A stretch of DNA of 64,000 nucleotides from the human T2T-CHM13v2.0 reference genome, Homo sapiens. The stretch lies in the NCBI RefSeq assembly GCF_009914755.1, contig NC_060927.1, one strand, 5' to 3'. The notes below the pieces were generated by a model that did no database searches, was not told where the DNA came from, and saw only the letters and a program-made list of their open reading frames with translations. The position numbers were made by a program, and so were the translations under genes. The number at the start of each line of letters is the position of its first letter. Position 1 is the first letter of the stretch. Positions 1 to 15,803 of this stretch are shown piece after piece.

Positions 1-93
1 TATGTGTGGGAGGAAGCATGAAATTGGTATTTGATGACCAAAAGGGCAAACTATGGCAGAAGCTTATAGCTTATATGATACTTATCAAATGTT

Positions 94-126
<33 letters not shown>
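94..126. repeat. (TTG)n microsatellite
   Basis: About 10 tandem TTG/GTT units visible directly. Confidence 0.95.
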
Positions 127-139
127 TCTCCTGGGGATA

Positions 140-485
140 CTGGTAAGCTACATTTCCAGCCCTCTTGTGTGTAAGATGGGAACATATGTCAAGTTCGCAC
201 CAATGTAATGTGAGCAAAAGTGATGTGTGCCTTCCTGCCTGAGGCAGTTGAGAGCAGACGTGTCTTCTTCACACTATCCATCACTCTGAGGCGACAGTAA
301 AGGCCCTTGTTGAGGATATCAGAGCTTTCTATGAAGGAGAGAAGGCCTGAGTCTCTGACACAGCAGCACTTGGAGGAGAGCCATTCAGGAAGACTGCCCA
401 ACATCTGCATTAGACTCATGTGAATGAAATAACTTGTATTATGTTAAGCCACAGAAATTAGCAAATTGTCCGTTACTCTGTTAGT
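140..485 (+). mobile_element. Old MaLR LTR (MLT1J/I-like)
   Basis: Motifs 'ctacatttccagccctcttg', 'aatgtgagcaaaagtgatgtgtgcc' and 3' 'aataacttgtattatgttaagccacagaaatt' typical of old MLT1 LTRs; subfamily from recall. Confidence 0.65.
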
Positions 486-830
486 AGCCTCTCTAAAGAA
501 TAGCTGTGTCTCAAATAATTTGGCCCTCCTTTCCCATTAGAGTTGATGGCCTCAGTATGGTTACCTGACCAAATTATCTTACCTAGGAATTTGAAGGTGG
601 AACATGTACTAAGTCAGTTTGCTAGGAAAAGCCAAACTTTAAATCGATGTGGCACCCGGGGGCCCAAATGGTAAATTAGTGCCATAAGCAAGATTAAGTT
701 GTAGAGAAACAGAAAATCCATGGGGAAGAAAAAAAGAGACAAAAACAGAAACCAAAAACAAGGTAAGTTTTCAGGGATAAGCAGGAGACAGATTAAATTA
801 GCAGAGGAGAGCTATGAATATGCCACGCCC

Positions 831-1275
831 TGTGGCAGCCATGGATATGCGCTCCTTGAATCTCCCGTTAAACAAGAATTCGCCAACCATTAGCACCTCC
901 AAGATATGCCTCAGCCTTTAGCTGAGGTTGTGTTCTTCCTGAGAAGCTTCAGCCAATTACTGGGCACACTGTGGGTGTGAGGGCCTGGCCTTTAATGCCT
1001 CATGTGAGACTCCTCAAATGGTAATCTTTGCTCACAATCTTTGCCCATTGTTGGATTGGTTGAGACTTTGTCAAGTCTGCATCACGGTTTGAGGTTCCCC
1101 CTGCCCTATCTGAGTTCTTCATTCTTTCCTTTCATGTCAGAGCAACAGCGTGATATGAAGGTTTTTCCTCCCCACTCTTGCTTCCTCTCCGTTTTATCTT
1201 TCATAGGCATTTCTCCTCCAATAAACCTCTTGCACTTTCAAGTCCATTTCAGTGTTGGCTCTTCCATGCCAGAAT
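831..1275 (+). mobile_element. ERVL solo LTR (LTR16-like)
   Basis: Starts 'tgtggcagccatgg', internal 'cagccaattactgg', ends 'ccaataaacctcttgcac...tcagtgttggctcttcc' as in the LTR16 family. Confidence 0.65.
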
Positions 1276-1353
1276 CTAAAGTCATTTTAAGATTTTTAGA
1301 GGTTCTAGGTATGAAAAAGATTGTGGTGTCCCTAACTGTAATTGTAAATATAA

Positions 1354-1752
<399 letters not shown>

Positions 1753-1956
1753 CCAATGTGTTTTTGCTTATTATTTTGAATTTGAAATTTCAAATCCCCC
1801 CCAAAAAAACTACCTCTATTTTGCTTGATCTTTAAATACATACTTATTATACCTTTGGGGTAATACAGAACTGCTTAAGCCTCACTTTGGGCTCAATCTT
1901 CACCCCAGTGAAGTTAAAATCTGAAATGGATTTGGGCTGGGATAAGGGATTGAGCT

Positions 1957-2480
1957 TGTATTAGTTATATATTGCTGTGCAATAAATAAATAAACCACAA
2001 ACTTGGCAGCTGAGGACAAAACATATGTATTATCTCACAGTTTGTATGGATTAGGAATCTGTGTATGTCTAAGGAATCTGTGCACGTCTAGTTGGGGCCT
2101 GTCTTAAGGTCTCTCCTTGGCTGTGTTCACAAAGCTGGGGTCTCATCTGAAGGCTGGATGGGGAAGGATCCACTTCCAAGCTCACTTAGTTGTTAGCAGC
2201 CAACAGGCTTTTGAACTGAAGGTCTCAGTTCCTCACTGGCTATTGACCAGAGGCTACCATCAATTCCTTGCTAAAGGGACCTCTTCAACCTGGCACCTTG
2301 CTTCATTAAAGCATTATGTGGAGAAATCAACAGGGAGAGTCAACTAGCAAGATGGAAATCACAGTCTTTTGTAACTTGGATCAGGGAAATGATATGCCCT
2401 CAATGTTGCCAGGGAAGAGATCACACGAGGCAATAAATATCAGGAGGTGAGTCTCATTGGGGCCATCTTAGAGGCTGCAA
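1957..2480 (-). mobile_element. MaLR LTR (MLT1E/F-like)
   Basis: 'tgtattagttatatattgctgtg...accacaaacttggcagc...tattatctcacagttt' through 'ggggccatcttagaggctg' is a reverse MLT1 LTR. Confidence 0.7.
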
Positions 2481-2844
2481 AAATTTTTAAAAATTTATTA
2501 TATTGATTAGTTGAACATTTAAAATGCTAAAAGTTGAACAATTATTCTTGGTACACATTAATGCATTTTAATCAGTTTCTTTGCTTTTAACATCATGTCT
2601 GGTATTTTTCTGAAGAATGTGTTTTTTAATATAATATTTAAATCTTTTTTAAATAAGATTACCTCCAGTGTTCTTAAAGTTACATTTTGTGATTAATAAA
2701 ATTGAAATCATTATATTCTTCATTGGAAAAAATGAAAAAGGAACAAATCTTAAACCAAATGAGACAGTGGCATAAATCAGGACCTCTCTGGGCAGAGTAG
2801 AACAATATGTACTTCTTAACTACAGAAGCAGAGAGAAAGGGAGA

Positions 2845-2865
2845 GATAGAGATAGATAGATAGAT

Positions 2866-2899
<34 letters not shown>

Positions 2900-2900
2900 G
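2845..2900. repeat. (GATA)n tetranucleotide microsatellite
   Basis: Tandem GATA/GATATA units seen directly. Confidence 0.95.
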
Positions 2901-4199
2901 ATATTGATTTCCCATGCAGATGTCAACCGTCCTCATAACTGGAGGATATCATATTTCTAATGGTGAAACACTAGCAGCAAAAAGTAAGGGATACCAATTG
3001 TGAGAAACAAATCACAACTGCACATCAAATGTTTGCTGACATTGGATCTGTGCTGTCTTCCAGTTGTGCCATCCTATTTTACTCCTTAAGAAATGAGGAA
3101 ATTCCTATTTGGGGGCATCAACTCTCCCTCGAGAAAAACAAAGCTGCTAAGTAAGATTCCACCTAGAAAAGGGGAAAAGCATATATCAGAGAAACACATT
3201 TATACCCCCACACAAAATAATAGCATGAGCTGTGTTTTAGAGGAGATAGGGTGCCAAACCAAATTCACTCCTCTTAAATCAAAGCTTCCCCAAGTGCAAG
3301 TATATGGCCACATTGGGGAACCAGATCCAAGTTAGAGAAAAAGGAAATTTAGTGACAATGACTGTTTCTTTTACCCTTCAGGGAAAAAAATCCAAGTAGA
3401 AAGCATCTCTTTTCCAGTTCAGGTTGAAGAGTCCTTTCCTCCTGTCACATGTTTAGTTGTCCCCTGAGGTTAGCGGTGCAAGCTCACACTCTCCAGAAGA
3501 GCCACACCAACCCAGCCTAAAATGGTTACTTAGCTTCATTAAATCAGGTCACAGTGAAAAGGATAAGCTTTAATTATCCACTGAAGTGATCTTTGAATCC
3601 AGTATCTCTGTTTTCTCAACATGATCTCGTAGCAGGAATTATTTCTCTCAAGAACCACAAGAGGGAGTATTCTTACTTCTTTGTCACTGTCCATCTCTGA
3701 CACTGGATAGACAGTACCCTTCTGCGTTTTTTTAATGATAAGACATATTATTAAACAAGCTTCATTTTTATTCATCTAAAATATGAGTGATTATCTGTGT
3801 GTCTTTCCTATGTATTATATCCAGGACATTTTCTTAACCAGCCATGATAAAAGAGAAAGCAGACAGTATTTCATACTGGTTCTTTCTCTCACATTTATTA
3901 TCTGGGGATTGTGAAGGAGGATTTCTTTGTCAAGTTGTGTTCAGCAAGTGCAAAATAGCAATGGATGATTCTCCCTAACTAGGAGGAAAGGAATCATTTA
4001 TCTGGAAATAATTATACCACTGCTTTGAGCTAACCATCTGCCTAGTCCTTAAAAGGCTAAAAGCAAACCACAAACATGATTCTGTCCATTTTCATCATAT
4101 GCCTATGAGGTAAAGAGGTGATAACTAATACTTTCTTCAATGACCAAAGTGCAGTACAAATCAGGAAAGTATCGATCTTATGTAAGATACCACATTGAC

Positions 4200-4590
4200 T
4201 GTGTCAACTAAAGTAATATAATCTGCTAAAGTAAGCAACCCCAAATACCCACGAATTCACACACACACACATACACACACACACACACCATACACAAGGC
4301 TTATTTCTCACTCTGGTCACTGTCTGATGGGAGTTGGGTAACTAGTCTGGGCTGCTTTCTTCCAAGTGATGATTCAGTGATTCAGGTTCCTTCTATTGTG
4401 TCACTCCATCATCTTCACACTGAATTTTCTCTTGGCTGTCAAGTAAAGAGTGGCATAATTTCAGGGGCTAGGCTTGGAAGTAGTATACTTTGCTTCTGTC
4501 CCCTAGCCTGGCTAGAACCCAGTCACATGATCAACTTAGATGAAGAATGAGGCTTCCAGTATGCCAGGAAAGAGAATGCACAATTACTGA
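4200..4590 (-). mobile_element. Old MaLR LTR (MLT1K/L-like) with internal (CA)n
   Basis: 'caaggcttatttctcactc', 'gattcaggttccttctattgtg', 'agtcacatgatc' motifs; (CA)n at about 4258-4290. Confidence 0.55.
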
Positions 4591-4605
4591 GCTTCTAGAC
4601 CAGGA

Positions 4606-4925
<320 letters not shown>

Positions 4926-5199
4926 TCTAGGCCTAGAGTTTTTGACATGGTTTTCATGGGATACCAAAAGTTCTGTTAGCTTAGATGGAAAGAAATTCCA
5001 TTCTAACCTCAAACTGAAATTTAGCATTTCCTTCCATTATAAATGTAGGTATGATAGACACTGGTAGTGCCCAAAGCCATTTCTACTCAGTCCATCTGAT
5101 TTCAGTGCAGCTGACATAAACAATTCCATGCATACTATCAGCGACTCTCTGCAGGTATGACATCTCTGTGGTTTTTGTTTTGTTTTGTTTGCTTTAAAG

Positions 5200-5568
5200 A
5201 TTTATCTGAAGTCTTGGAAGGTCACTCAGTAGATGCAAGGTGCAGCTCAGAAGTGCGGAGGGTTAATAACCATGGGGACAACACTCAAACCATGCTAAAC
5301 AGTAGTGTTTATGTAAACAGACCAGTCTCGAGTTCTTTAGCAAGATTATTCTGAGGCACATTCTATAAACTTCGAAGTTTGCAAGTAGCATTGAGTTCCA
5401 GTTATTCTCAGCAGCAACCAACACAGTAAGATTTATTGGCTTTTCTCTCTTTCTTGTCTTATTCTCCTCACTGTCTCACTTCTGTTTCCTGGGACTATCT
5501 CCCAAATAAACTACCTGCACCAAGTCATTATCTCAGCCTCTGATTTCATGACAATCCAATTTAAGCAT
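5200..5568 (+). mobile_element. ERVL LTR (LTR16-like), 5' LTR of a truncated provirus
   Basis: Ends 'ctcccaaataaactacctgcaccaagtcattatctcagcctctg' and runs directly into ERVL internal sequence. Confidence 0.65.
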
Positions 5569-6770
5569 TGGTGTGGGAAGAGGCTCTAGAAAAATGCCCC
5601 TCATTATAGACTTTGAAACTGAATTACTAAACAGTCAGATAGCAACTGTCACATGTGGCAAGTGTTGGGAAAGGAGCTAACTCCTAGATTGTTGTGGCCT
5701 CACAATGACTAAGAGGCTTATCTATGGCATATTGGGATGTGGTACAGGTGAAAGGCGTATGCTGCATCTATATCACTTGAATGGTATGGGGTAAATGTAA
5801 TGAAAAGAACGGGATATGTAGGTATGACTGAGAGCCTAGAATGCCCAGCTTATCCTAAACTCTAGGTCATCAAAAGTAGTCTCTGCCCCTTGCTAGAAAA
5901 GCAGCCTTCTATTGCCAGGAGACCATGCAGTGATCTTAAAGTAGATGCTTGTAAGATAATGCTTAAGGCCTGCCCTCACTTCCCTTCATTGACTCCCCTT
6001 CCCTTCACTGACTCCCGGCCAGTAGCTAAAGACCTCAGCATAGTCCAAGCAAGGAAGAATACTTCTTGCTACAAGAGTAAATAGCTTACCAAAAGATTTG
6101 CAAATCCTGGCTCATGTGTACTGACAAAAGCTGGGAGTGGATCTTGAGAATAATAGACCTGAGGATATGGGGCATAATATAAGCCTCACAATGGGGCAGA
6201 TGATTAACATGGTTGCACTCTCTCAAAAGTTAATGTACTAGCAAGGACACCTGGAGCCAGTTCTAAGATGACGCTGCAATGATTCTTTTGAGCTTGGACA
6301 CGACACTGTCTTACAATAAATGAGTTAGAGATGACAGATTGTGTTCAGGGAGTTGATAAAGGGAACAAAATGATCATCAAATGGGCATCTTTAAATCGAT
6401 TAATTATGTGAGCAATGAGAACCTACTGCCTGATTATGTTCCGTGGAAAGGGAAGACACATCCTTCTTTAGGGTGCAAGGAATGCACCAGTGAGGGGGAC
6501 ACCAGCATCACTGAGACACTCTTGGGTGACTCTACTTTGTAGCCCAGGATTGACTGGGGTAGATGCTATCTTGGGACTAGAATCCTTAGTGTCAGTGGGG
6601 ATGGTAGAATTGCATAATAGTGGAGAACAACTAGTAGCATTTAACTATCAGAGGCAACATTGATATCATTACCATAACAGAAAGCAAGAGCATAGTTGCC
6701 ACTTGTTTGCCTTGATTTGTAGAGATCTGTGGTCATGGTCATTAGACCATCGTGTCCTCAGAGCAAAGTA
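5569..6770 (+). mobile_element. ERVL internal remnant (ERV3-16A3-like, gag region)
   Basis: Follows the LTR16-like LTR; shares motifs with the internal segment at 50373-51700 (e.g. 'gcaccagtgagggggacaccagcatcactgag' vs 'gctggtgagaagggcatcagcatcattga'). Confidence 0.6.
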
Positions 6771-7139
6771 TAAAAACAGTGAAAAGAACACCATATGCTT
6801 TAGCAGTCTGCCAAAAGGCTCAATGCATTAAAAAAAACAAAACAAAACAAAACAAAAAAAAAAACAGCTTTGATCAATCCTATCTCTGATAGTCTACCTA
6901 CCTGCTTACCAAATATTCATTTTGCCCTTTCTGCTGTACATAGTATGCAGTCACAGTTCAAAAGAGGCAATTCAAAACAGTATCCACTCAATACATCAAG
7001 TTCATTCCAAATCTTTTAAAAATTACAAAACAATAAAATAAGTAGATATGTATTTTGTTCCTACAGTAAGTGATAAAACTCCTTCCATAGCAAGAGAAAA
7101 CAGAGCTTAACAAAACACTCAGCTTCTATTTCACAAAAG

Positions 7140-7838
<699 letters not shown>

Positions 7839-9636
7839 GTGATAAAAAGTTTGTGGACATGTTCACAAACCACAACATGCACACATAGTTTTCCCTTATT
7901 GATCTAACTGGCTGGCTACATGTATTAAAAAAAAATACTTGTTTGAAAATGTAAAACCTGAGGCTAATATAAGACTGGGCAGGATACTTACTGGATAGGC
8001 TCAATAATAGAATGGAAGTGACAGGAAAGAGGACTTGGGGACGGTACCTTTTGGTCTAGTATTTGTGGAATTGGCATCCCATAAGGAAAGAAAAAGAGGA
8101 TGGTGCAGAAAAATATCTGAAGAAATAATGGCTGAAAATGTCCTAATGTTGATGAAAGTCACAGATTTACAGATTAAAGAAGTTTAGTCAACCCCAAACA
8201 GAATAAACGCAAAGAATTCCATGCCAAGATACATTATAATCAAACATCTGTAAACTAAAAATAAAGAAAAAAGATTTTTTTAAGCAGTGAGAAAGAAAGA
8301 CATTAACTAGAAAATGGGAACAATAATTCAAATGACAGTGGATTTCTAAACTGAAATCATAGAGGCCACGAAGAAGTGACTCAACATTTTCAAGTGCAAA
8401 AGTTTCCTTCAGGAATAAAGAAAAAATAAATGCTTTCTCACATGACAGAAAACCAAGAGGATTTGTTGCTAGAAAACTTACTCCAAAAGAATTGTTAAGG
8501 GAAGTTTTTCAGATCAAAGTAAAATGAAAAGTAAAAGGAAGACTTTGAATATCAGGAATAAAGAGAAAGCAACAGAAATGGTAGATACTTGGGTAAATAT
8601 AACTTCTCGAGCTCTTAAAAATACATTTGATAGATAAAAACAAAATTGTCATATTATCTGATGATTTATTTAATGTACATCAGTGAAATATGTGGGGAAA
8701 GTACAACATAAATTGAGGAATATTAAAGGACCTATATGGTGCTAAGCTTTCTTCATTCTAACTGAAGTGGTAAAATATAGATTCTAAAGAGATCATGAAA
8801 ATTAAATATGCATACCTCTTGATTGACCACTACCTAAACTGTTAAAAAAAAAAAAAAGAGAAAGTCAAGCACACAATAGATAAATTAAATGGAATACTAC
8901 AAAAGTTTATATAATCCAGAGGAAGGACATAAAGGAGAAACAGAATAGCAGAATATGGAAAAGGAAAAATAGAAAAAATAAAATAAAATTGTAGACCTAA
9001 ATCCAAATATACCAATATTACATTAAAGGTACATAGTCTAAACACATAGAGATTGTCAGGAAAGATTTACAGAGAAAAACTGTAGGCAGGTTAAAGGTAA
9101 AAGGATGGACAAAGTATATCATGTAAACACTAATCAAAGGAAAGCTAAAGTGATAAGAAGGGATATTACATTAATATAGATAAATTTACCAAGAAGCCAA
9201 AACACTTCAAAATGAATATGGACATAACAACAGAGCATCAAAATATGTGAAGCAAAAACTGACAGAAAAGAAAGAGAAACAAACTCATAATTATATTTGA
9301 CAACCTCAGTTTCTCTCAGTATTTAACAGAACAAGCAGACAAAAATCAGAAAGGATGCAGAACTGAGTAACAGTATCCACTAAGTGGATTAAATTCATAT
9401 TTATGAAAAACTTCATCAAATAAAGCAAAGTACAATTTTTCAAGTGCACATGGAATAATCACCAATATAGACTATATCCTGAGTTACAAAACAAAACTTA
9501 AATTTTAAAAAATTGATACCATACAAAATATATTCTCTAAGCATAATAGAATTTAACTAGATATCAGTAACATAAAGATAACCGAAAAATTTCTAAACAC
9601 TTGGAAATTAACATGCAATAAACAACCCATAGGTCA

Positions 9637-10014
<378 letters not shown>

Positions 10015-11560
10015 TTAATAAAATTAATAAAGCTCTAGCAAAACTGAAAAAGAAGAACAGAGAGAAGACATAAACTACCAACAACAGGAGTGAAATAGGG
10101 GATATCATTACAGACTCTACAAAAATTAAAAGGAAAATAAGGGAATGCTATGGACAATTAATTATATATAAATTCAATAATTTATATGAAATGGACCAAT
10201 ATCTCAAAATCCATAAACCAACAACACACATCCAAGATGAAATCAATATTCCTGAGCAACCTTATAACTATTAAAGAAACTGAATTTTTTAATGAAAAAA
10301 ATCTTTTAAACAAGAAATCTCTTGGCTTAGATTATTTCACTTGCATATTTAAAGATGAAATAGCATCAATTCTGTAGTCTCTTCCAGAATATAAAAGCTT
10401 AGGGAACACTTCCCAAATCTGTTTATGAGGCCAGAATTTCTCTGATATCAATACCAGACAAAAAGGTCAACAAAGTAAAATAAATCTACAGAGCAGAATC
10501 ATTCACTCCTGAACACTGACATGAAAGTTCTCTACAAAATATCAGCAAATAGTATACAGCAATATATAAAAGAAATAATGACCACTGGATACCATGGCCA
10601 ACTATATATCTACCACATTAACTGTCTAAAGAAGAGAGACCATATTATCATACTAAAGATGCAGAAAAACCATCTGATAAAATTCACCATCACTTAATTA
10701 TTAAAAAAAAAAATCTATCAGCCAAGTAGGAATAGAAGAAAACTTCCTTAACATGCTAAAGAGCATCTACCAAAAAACAACAAAAACAATAAAAACCTCT
10801 ACCTAACATCATATTTGTTGATGAAAGACTGAATACCTTCCCCCTTAGATCAGGAACAACAAAAACATGTCCACTTCCATCACTCCCATTCAACATCATA
10901 AAGATTGGATAAGGAGAAATAAAATCGGTCCTGTGTGCAAGAGATGAAACTGTCAGTGAAGAAACACCAAAGTAATCCACAAAAAACCATGATGAACTAA
11001 TAGGTGGGTTTAGCAAAGTCTCAGGATACATAATCGACACACAAAAATTGATCTGTGGTAGAAATCTAACAAAATATTTGTAAAACCTTTATACTGAACA
11101 CTATACAATACTGAGGAAAGAAGTCAGTGCAGTCCCAAATAAGTGGAGACATACTGTGTTTATGGGTTAGAAGATTCAGCATAATAAAAGTGTCAATTCC
11201 AATGTAATTCCAATCAATCCCAACATGATTTTGTAAACACATACAAGCTGATTCTAAAATTTATATGGAAAGACAATGAAACTAGACTAACCAAAACAAT
11301 TTTGAAACAGCAGAATGAACTGGAAAGTCATTTAAGAATTACTACAAAGCTATAATAATCAAGGCAGTGTGCTATTGGTGAAGAGATAAACACAAAGATC
11401 AATGGAAAAAAATAAAGTACAGAGACAGACCCACACAAATACACAAATATGGCCAACTGATTTTTTTTACAAAGATGTGATGGCAATTTAATGGAGAAAG
11501 AATCCTCTTACAAGGGAACAACTGAACATCTATATGCAAAAAATGAATCTCAAACCTCAA

Positions 11561-11675
11561 TACCTCTGAAGTGGACTTGGCTCAATTAAGACTTGTTGAA
11601 AAGCTCTCTGTAGGGCTATGTTACAAAGCCGTTAGATGCTAAGGGATCAAGAGACCTGATTAGCCACACTGGAAC
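11561..11675 (-). repeat. 115-bp inverted copy of 15689-15803 inserted in L1
   Basis: Reverse complement of 15689-15803 aligns without gaps, 7 mismatches in 115 bp. Confidence 0.95.
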
Positions 11676-11877
11676 GTGACTCAGTGTGAATCCTGGATAC
11701 AAATACAAAACATAAAACTACAAAACTTTAGAAGAAAACATAGAAAACCTTCATGACATGAGGTTAGACAGAGATTTTAGATGTAACATCAAAGGACAAT
11801 TCATAAAATAAAAAAATTGATACATTGGACTTTGTCAAATGTTAATACTTTTGTGAAAGGATGTTGATTGAAAAGAC

Positions 11878-12181
11878 CGCTGGACACAGTGGCTCACACC
11901 TATAATTCCAGCACTTTGGGAGGCCGAGGTGGAAGGATCGCTTGAGCCCAGGAGTTTGAGACCAGCTTAGGCAACATGGCGAAACCTCATCTCTACACAA
12001 AATACAAGAATTAGCCAGGTATGGCGGCACATGCCTATAGTTCCAGCTACTCAGCAGGCTGAGATGGGAGGACAGCTTGAGCCCAGGAGGTGGAGGCTAC
12101 AGTGAGCCATGATCACACCACTGCATGCCAGCCTGGGTGACAGAGCAAGAAAGACCCTGTATCAAAAAATAAAAATAAAAA
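11878..12181 (+). mobile_element. AluJ-type SINE (within L1)
   Basis: J-type 'ggatcgcttgagcccaggagtttgagacc'; A-rich tail. Confidence 0.93.
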
Positions 12182-13242
12182 GGTTGAAAATACCATCAAT
12201 TCTATAGTCTATCAATTCTAGCAATTCTATACTATCAATTCTATAGTCATTAACTGAGAGAACTCACTTGCAAATCATATATCTGACAAAGATACATATC
12301 TCATATATATCTGGAATATATAAAGAATATTAAAAAACACCCTAAACATTCACCGACAAGTAAACAAATAACCTAATTTTAAAGTGAGTGAAGTATTTGT
12401 ATAGGCACTTCACCAAAAAAAAACCCCACAAAGTTTTCAAATAACCACATGAAAATATCCTCACCATTATTATTAAATGCATGATGTACCACTTCACACC
12501 TATCTGAAAAGCTAAAATTAAAAAAAACAAAACCAAACCTGACATTACCAAGTGTTGCTGAGGATGGAGAGCAACTGGAACTCTGATACATTCCTGAAAT
12601 GAAAATGGTAGAGCTACTCTGGAAAACATTTTGACAGTTTCTTTTTAAGTTACATATATCTTGCCATGACCCAAAATCCCACTCCTCAATATTTACCTTA
12701 GAGAAATGAAAACAGATGTTCATACAACATATGTTCACACACACACATATGTTCACACGTGCCCAAACTGCCAAAAACTAGAACCAACCCCTCCATCAAT
12801 GAGTGAATAGAAAAACTGTTTACTGTGGAGTACTATTCAGCAATAAAAGGAACAAACTATTAACACACATATAAACTTGGGTGAATTTCAAAGGCATTAT
12901 GCTGAGTGAAGAAACCAGTCTCAAAAATTGATGATTCCAATTACCTGACATTCTAGAAAGAGAAAAATTATAGCTACAGAAAATAGGTTAGTGTTTGTTA
13001 TGGGTTAGGGCTGGGGAAAGGGTATGGCTACAGAGAGAGAGCATGAGGGATTTTGAGGGGATGATGAAACTGTTCTGCACTTCAATTGTAATAGTGGTTA
13101 CATGGATATATACATGTGGTAAAACTCAGAACTATATACCAAAAATAAAAAATGAATTTGACTGTATGTAAAATCTAAATAAATTTAAATTTATTTAAAA
13201 AATAAAATGTCAATAATTTTTAATAATTTAAACTCTAAGTAA

Positions 13243-13604
<362 letters not shown>

Positions 13605-13620
13605 ATGCCAGGACCTTTCT

Positions 13621-13810
13621 AGCTAAAGGCTTTGTGTTCATTAACTTATTAATCCTTACCATAGTCCTGTGACTTAAGTATCCTTATTCCACAGATGAGG
13701 AAATCTAAACATAGAGAGATCAAATAATTTGTCCATGATCACACAACTAATAGGTGGCTCAGTTAGGATTTAAACTTATCTTTATCCATCTAGAGCCATA
13801 GTCTTTACCA
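13621..13810 (-). mobile_element. MIR SINE
   Basis: MIR core 'cacagatgaggaaatctaaacatagagagatcaaataatttgtccatgatcacacaacta'. Confidence 0.75.
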
Positions 13811-15116
13811 ATCATTACTTTGAGCATTGGGACAGAAAATCAATCGCTGGTAGAAGGATATGCTATTACTTTATCTCTTTTCCAAACTTTTTGAAGAAGA
13901 CTAATAGTAGGATATTTGTTTTTGATGTTTAAGATGGGTACAAACTAACACTTACTCTTGGCATCAAAAGTGAAAGGAAAAGAGTTTTAGAAGTCTGCCA
14001 AATCTCAAGATATATGAGAACTGTAAAACTTTCCTCATCTACAAGGCAAATAGCTAAGAAACTCAAATAACTGACTTTTTTAAACTGAAATTTACTTTCA
14101 TGCGAAAGATATAAATGACAAGTAAACAAGCTGATATCAAGAATTTCTGAAGCAATTTCAAAAATATACCCTAGGGTCAGCATATTTTCCACCTAATTTC
14201 ATAGACAGTCTACTTAGAAGTGTAGAATTCAAATCAATAAGTATTTGACCACCTACTATTTATGTTCATTATGATAACTGTATTACTTCGAGATCCTGAG
14301 GTGTTTTCTGAATCATTAAAGCAAGTTTAACATTTTTCAGTATGACCTTATAATTATTTATTTTGTCATTTTCCCTCTAAAATAATTGAAAACCCATTAC
14401 TATTTAGCCAGATTACTAAATTAACTATTAAATTTCATTCCCTCAATCATTTCAGTTAATAAAAGTTCAAGGTTGCTCAACTGTTTTAAAAGAAAAATTA
14501 AAATCAAAAGCAAAAACTAATCCTTGTCTTTGTTAACTATACTTCCTGGTTACTGACTTTGAGTTGTGTCATCAAGACACATCACAGCCTTTCAATTCCT
14601 TTTCTTTCATGTAACTCTAGGGTTAGAGTTGATACTAAATTATTAAAAGGCAATTTAAACTGATGTGAGGGAGCATGCACTCTCAGCCTCTTTTCTTTGC
14701 ACCCATCACAAAATGTTCATGTTTTGATGATGCTGGGAGACTCTGCTCAATTTAATTCAACTGCTTCAATTCTGTAGTATTCTGCCAAACATTGTATTAG
14801 ACCTTGGGAGTCAAAAATTAAGTCAAGCATGAGCCTTACTCTCAAGTTACTCAACAACAAATAGGAAACACAAGCATTTAAAATAATGGCTCTAAAAATA
14901 GACATCTCTAGAGTCTAGAAAGATACAAAGGAAGAAGTAACTTTGCCTGGGTGGGTAAACAAAGGCAGCACAGAGCCCTATAAAATCACTGAATAGATCT
15001 TAGCCCAGCCGTAACTATGTCACATCCCTCAGCTCCTGCAGGACCCATAAGGTGAGCAATCATACAGAAAACCCATGAGGTGTTTGAGGAAGTTTTATGA
15101 AATCATGCATTAATCC

Positions 15117-15301
15117 AGAGTTCAGCACACTTTTTCTGTAAAAATCCAGATAGTAATTATTTTAAACTGAATTCCACTCGGTCTTTGAGTGAAAGCAGCC
15201 ATATGCAATATGCAAATGAATGAGCGTGGCTATGTCCTAACAAACATTTACAAAAACAGGTGATTACACTGGGTTTCAGGGGCATGGTTTGCCAATTCCT
15301 G
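15117..15301. mobile_element. MER58A-like hAT-Charlie DNA transposon relic
   Basis: 'cagagttcagcacactttttctgtaaaaatccagatagtaa...gaaagcagccata...aatgaatgagcgtggctatgtcc...gtttgccaattcctg' with CAG...CTG ends. Confidence 0.8.
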
Positions 15302-15688
15302 CGTCAATTAAATCAATACAACTAAATGTATGAGTTTCAAATATAAATTACTTGGTCTTTTACTGATGAAACCACAAAAGAGTTATGCCTATGAAAAATG
15401 ACCCCTCACCAATAAAATTAATAAAGACCCAAATCCTTTTTTTTGCACATATCTAAAATAGACCAGCCTTCTTATACAAACAAAATCTCCACTCCTAAGA
15501 ACTTTCTTCCTGCTTAACAAATTGTTACCTTTACTACCTAAAGTTTTGGGGAATATTAGGAAACCCTGGAATTAAAGAGGAAGAGCTTCATTAATTGTGT
15601 TCCTCTTCTTACTCTCAGACCTCTGTTTTCAAGGGTCCAAGAATTTGAACAGATGGAAATGTATGTGAACTGTGTGTGGATGTTCTAT

Positions 15689-15803
15689 GTTCCAGTGCAG
15701 CTAATCAGGTCTCTTGATCCCTTAGCAACTAACTGCTTTGTAACATAGCCCTGCAGAGAGCTTTTCAACAAGTCTTAATTGAGCCAAGTCCACTCCAGGG
15801 GTA
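15689..15803 (+). repeat. Presumed donor of the inverted copy at 11561-11675
   Basis: 94% identical to the reverse complement of 11561-11675; embedded in unique-looking DNA. Confidence 0.93.

Noticed and set aside
2909-2989. Possible small exon: ...cccatgcag|ATG (MSTVLITGGYHISNGETLAAK)|gtaagg
   Set aside because: Weak polypyrimidine tract next to a GATA repeat and no partner exons found; the resemblance to a Rossmann 'VLITGG' motif is probably chance.
12194-12250. Short imperfect repeats of ATCAATTCTA(TAG)
   Set aside because: A local slippage product next to an Alu tail; not a CRISPR-like or otherwise structured array.
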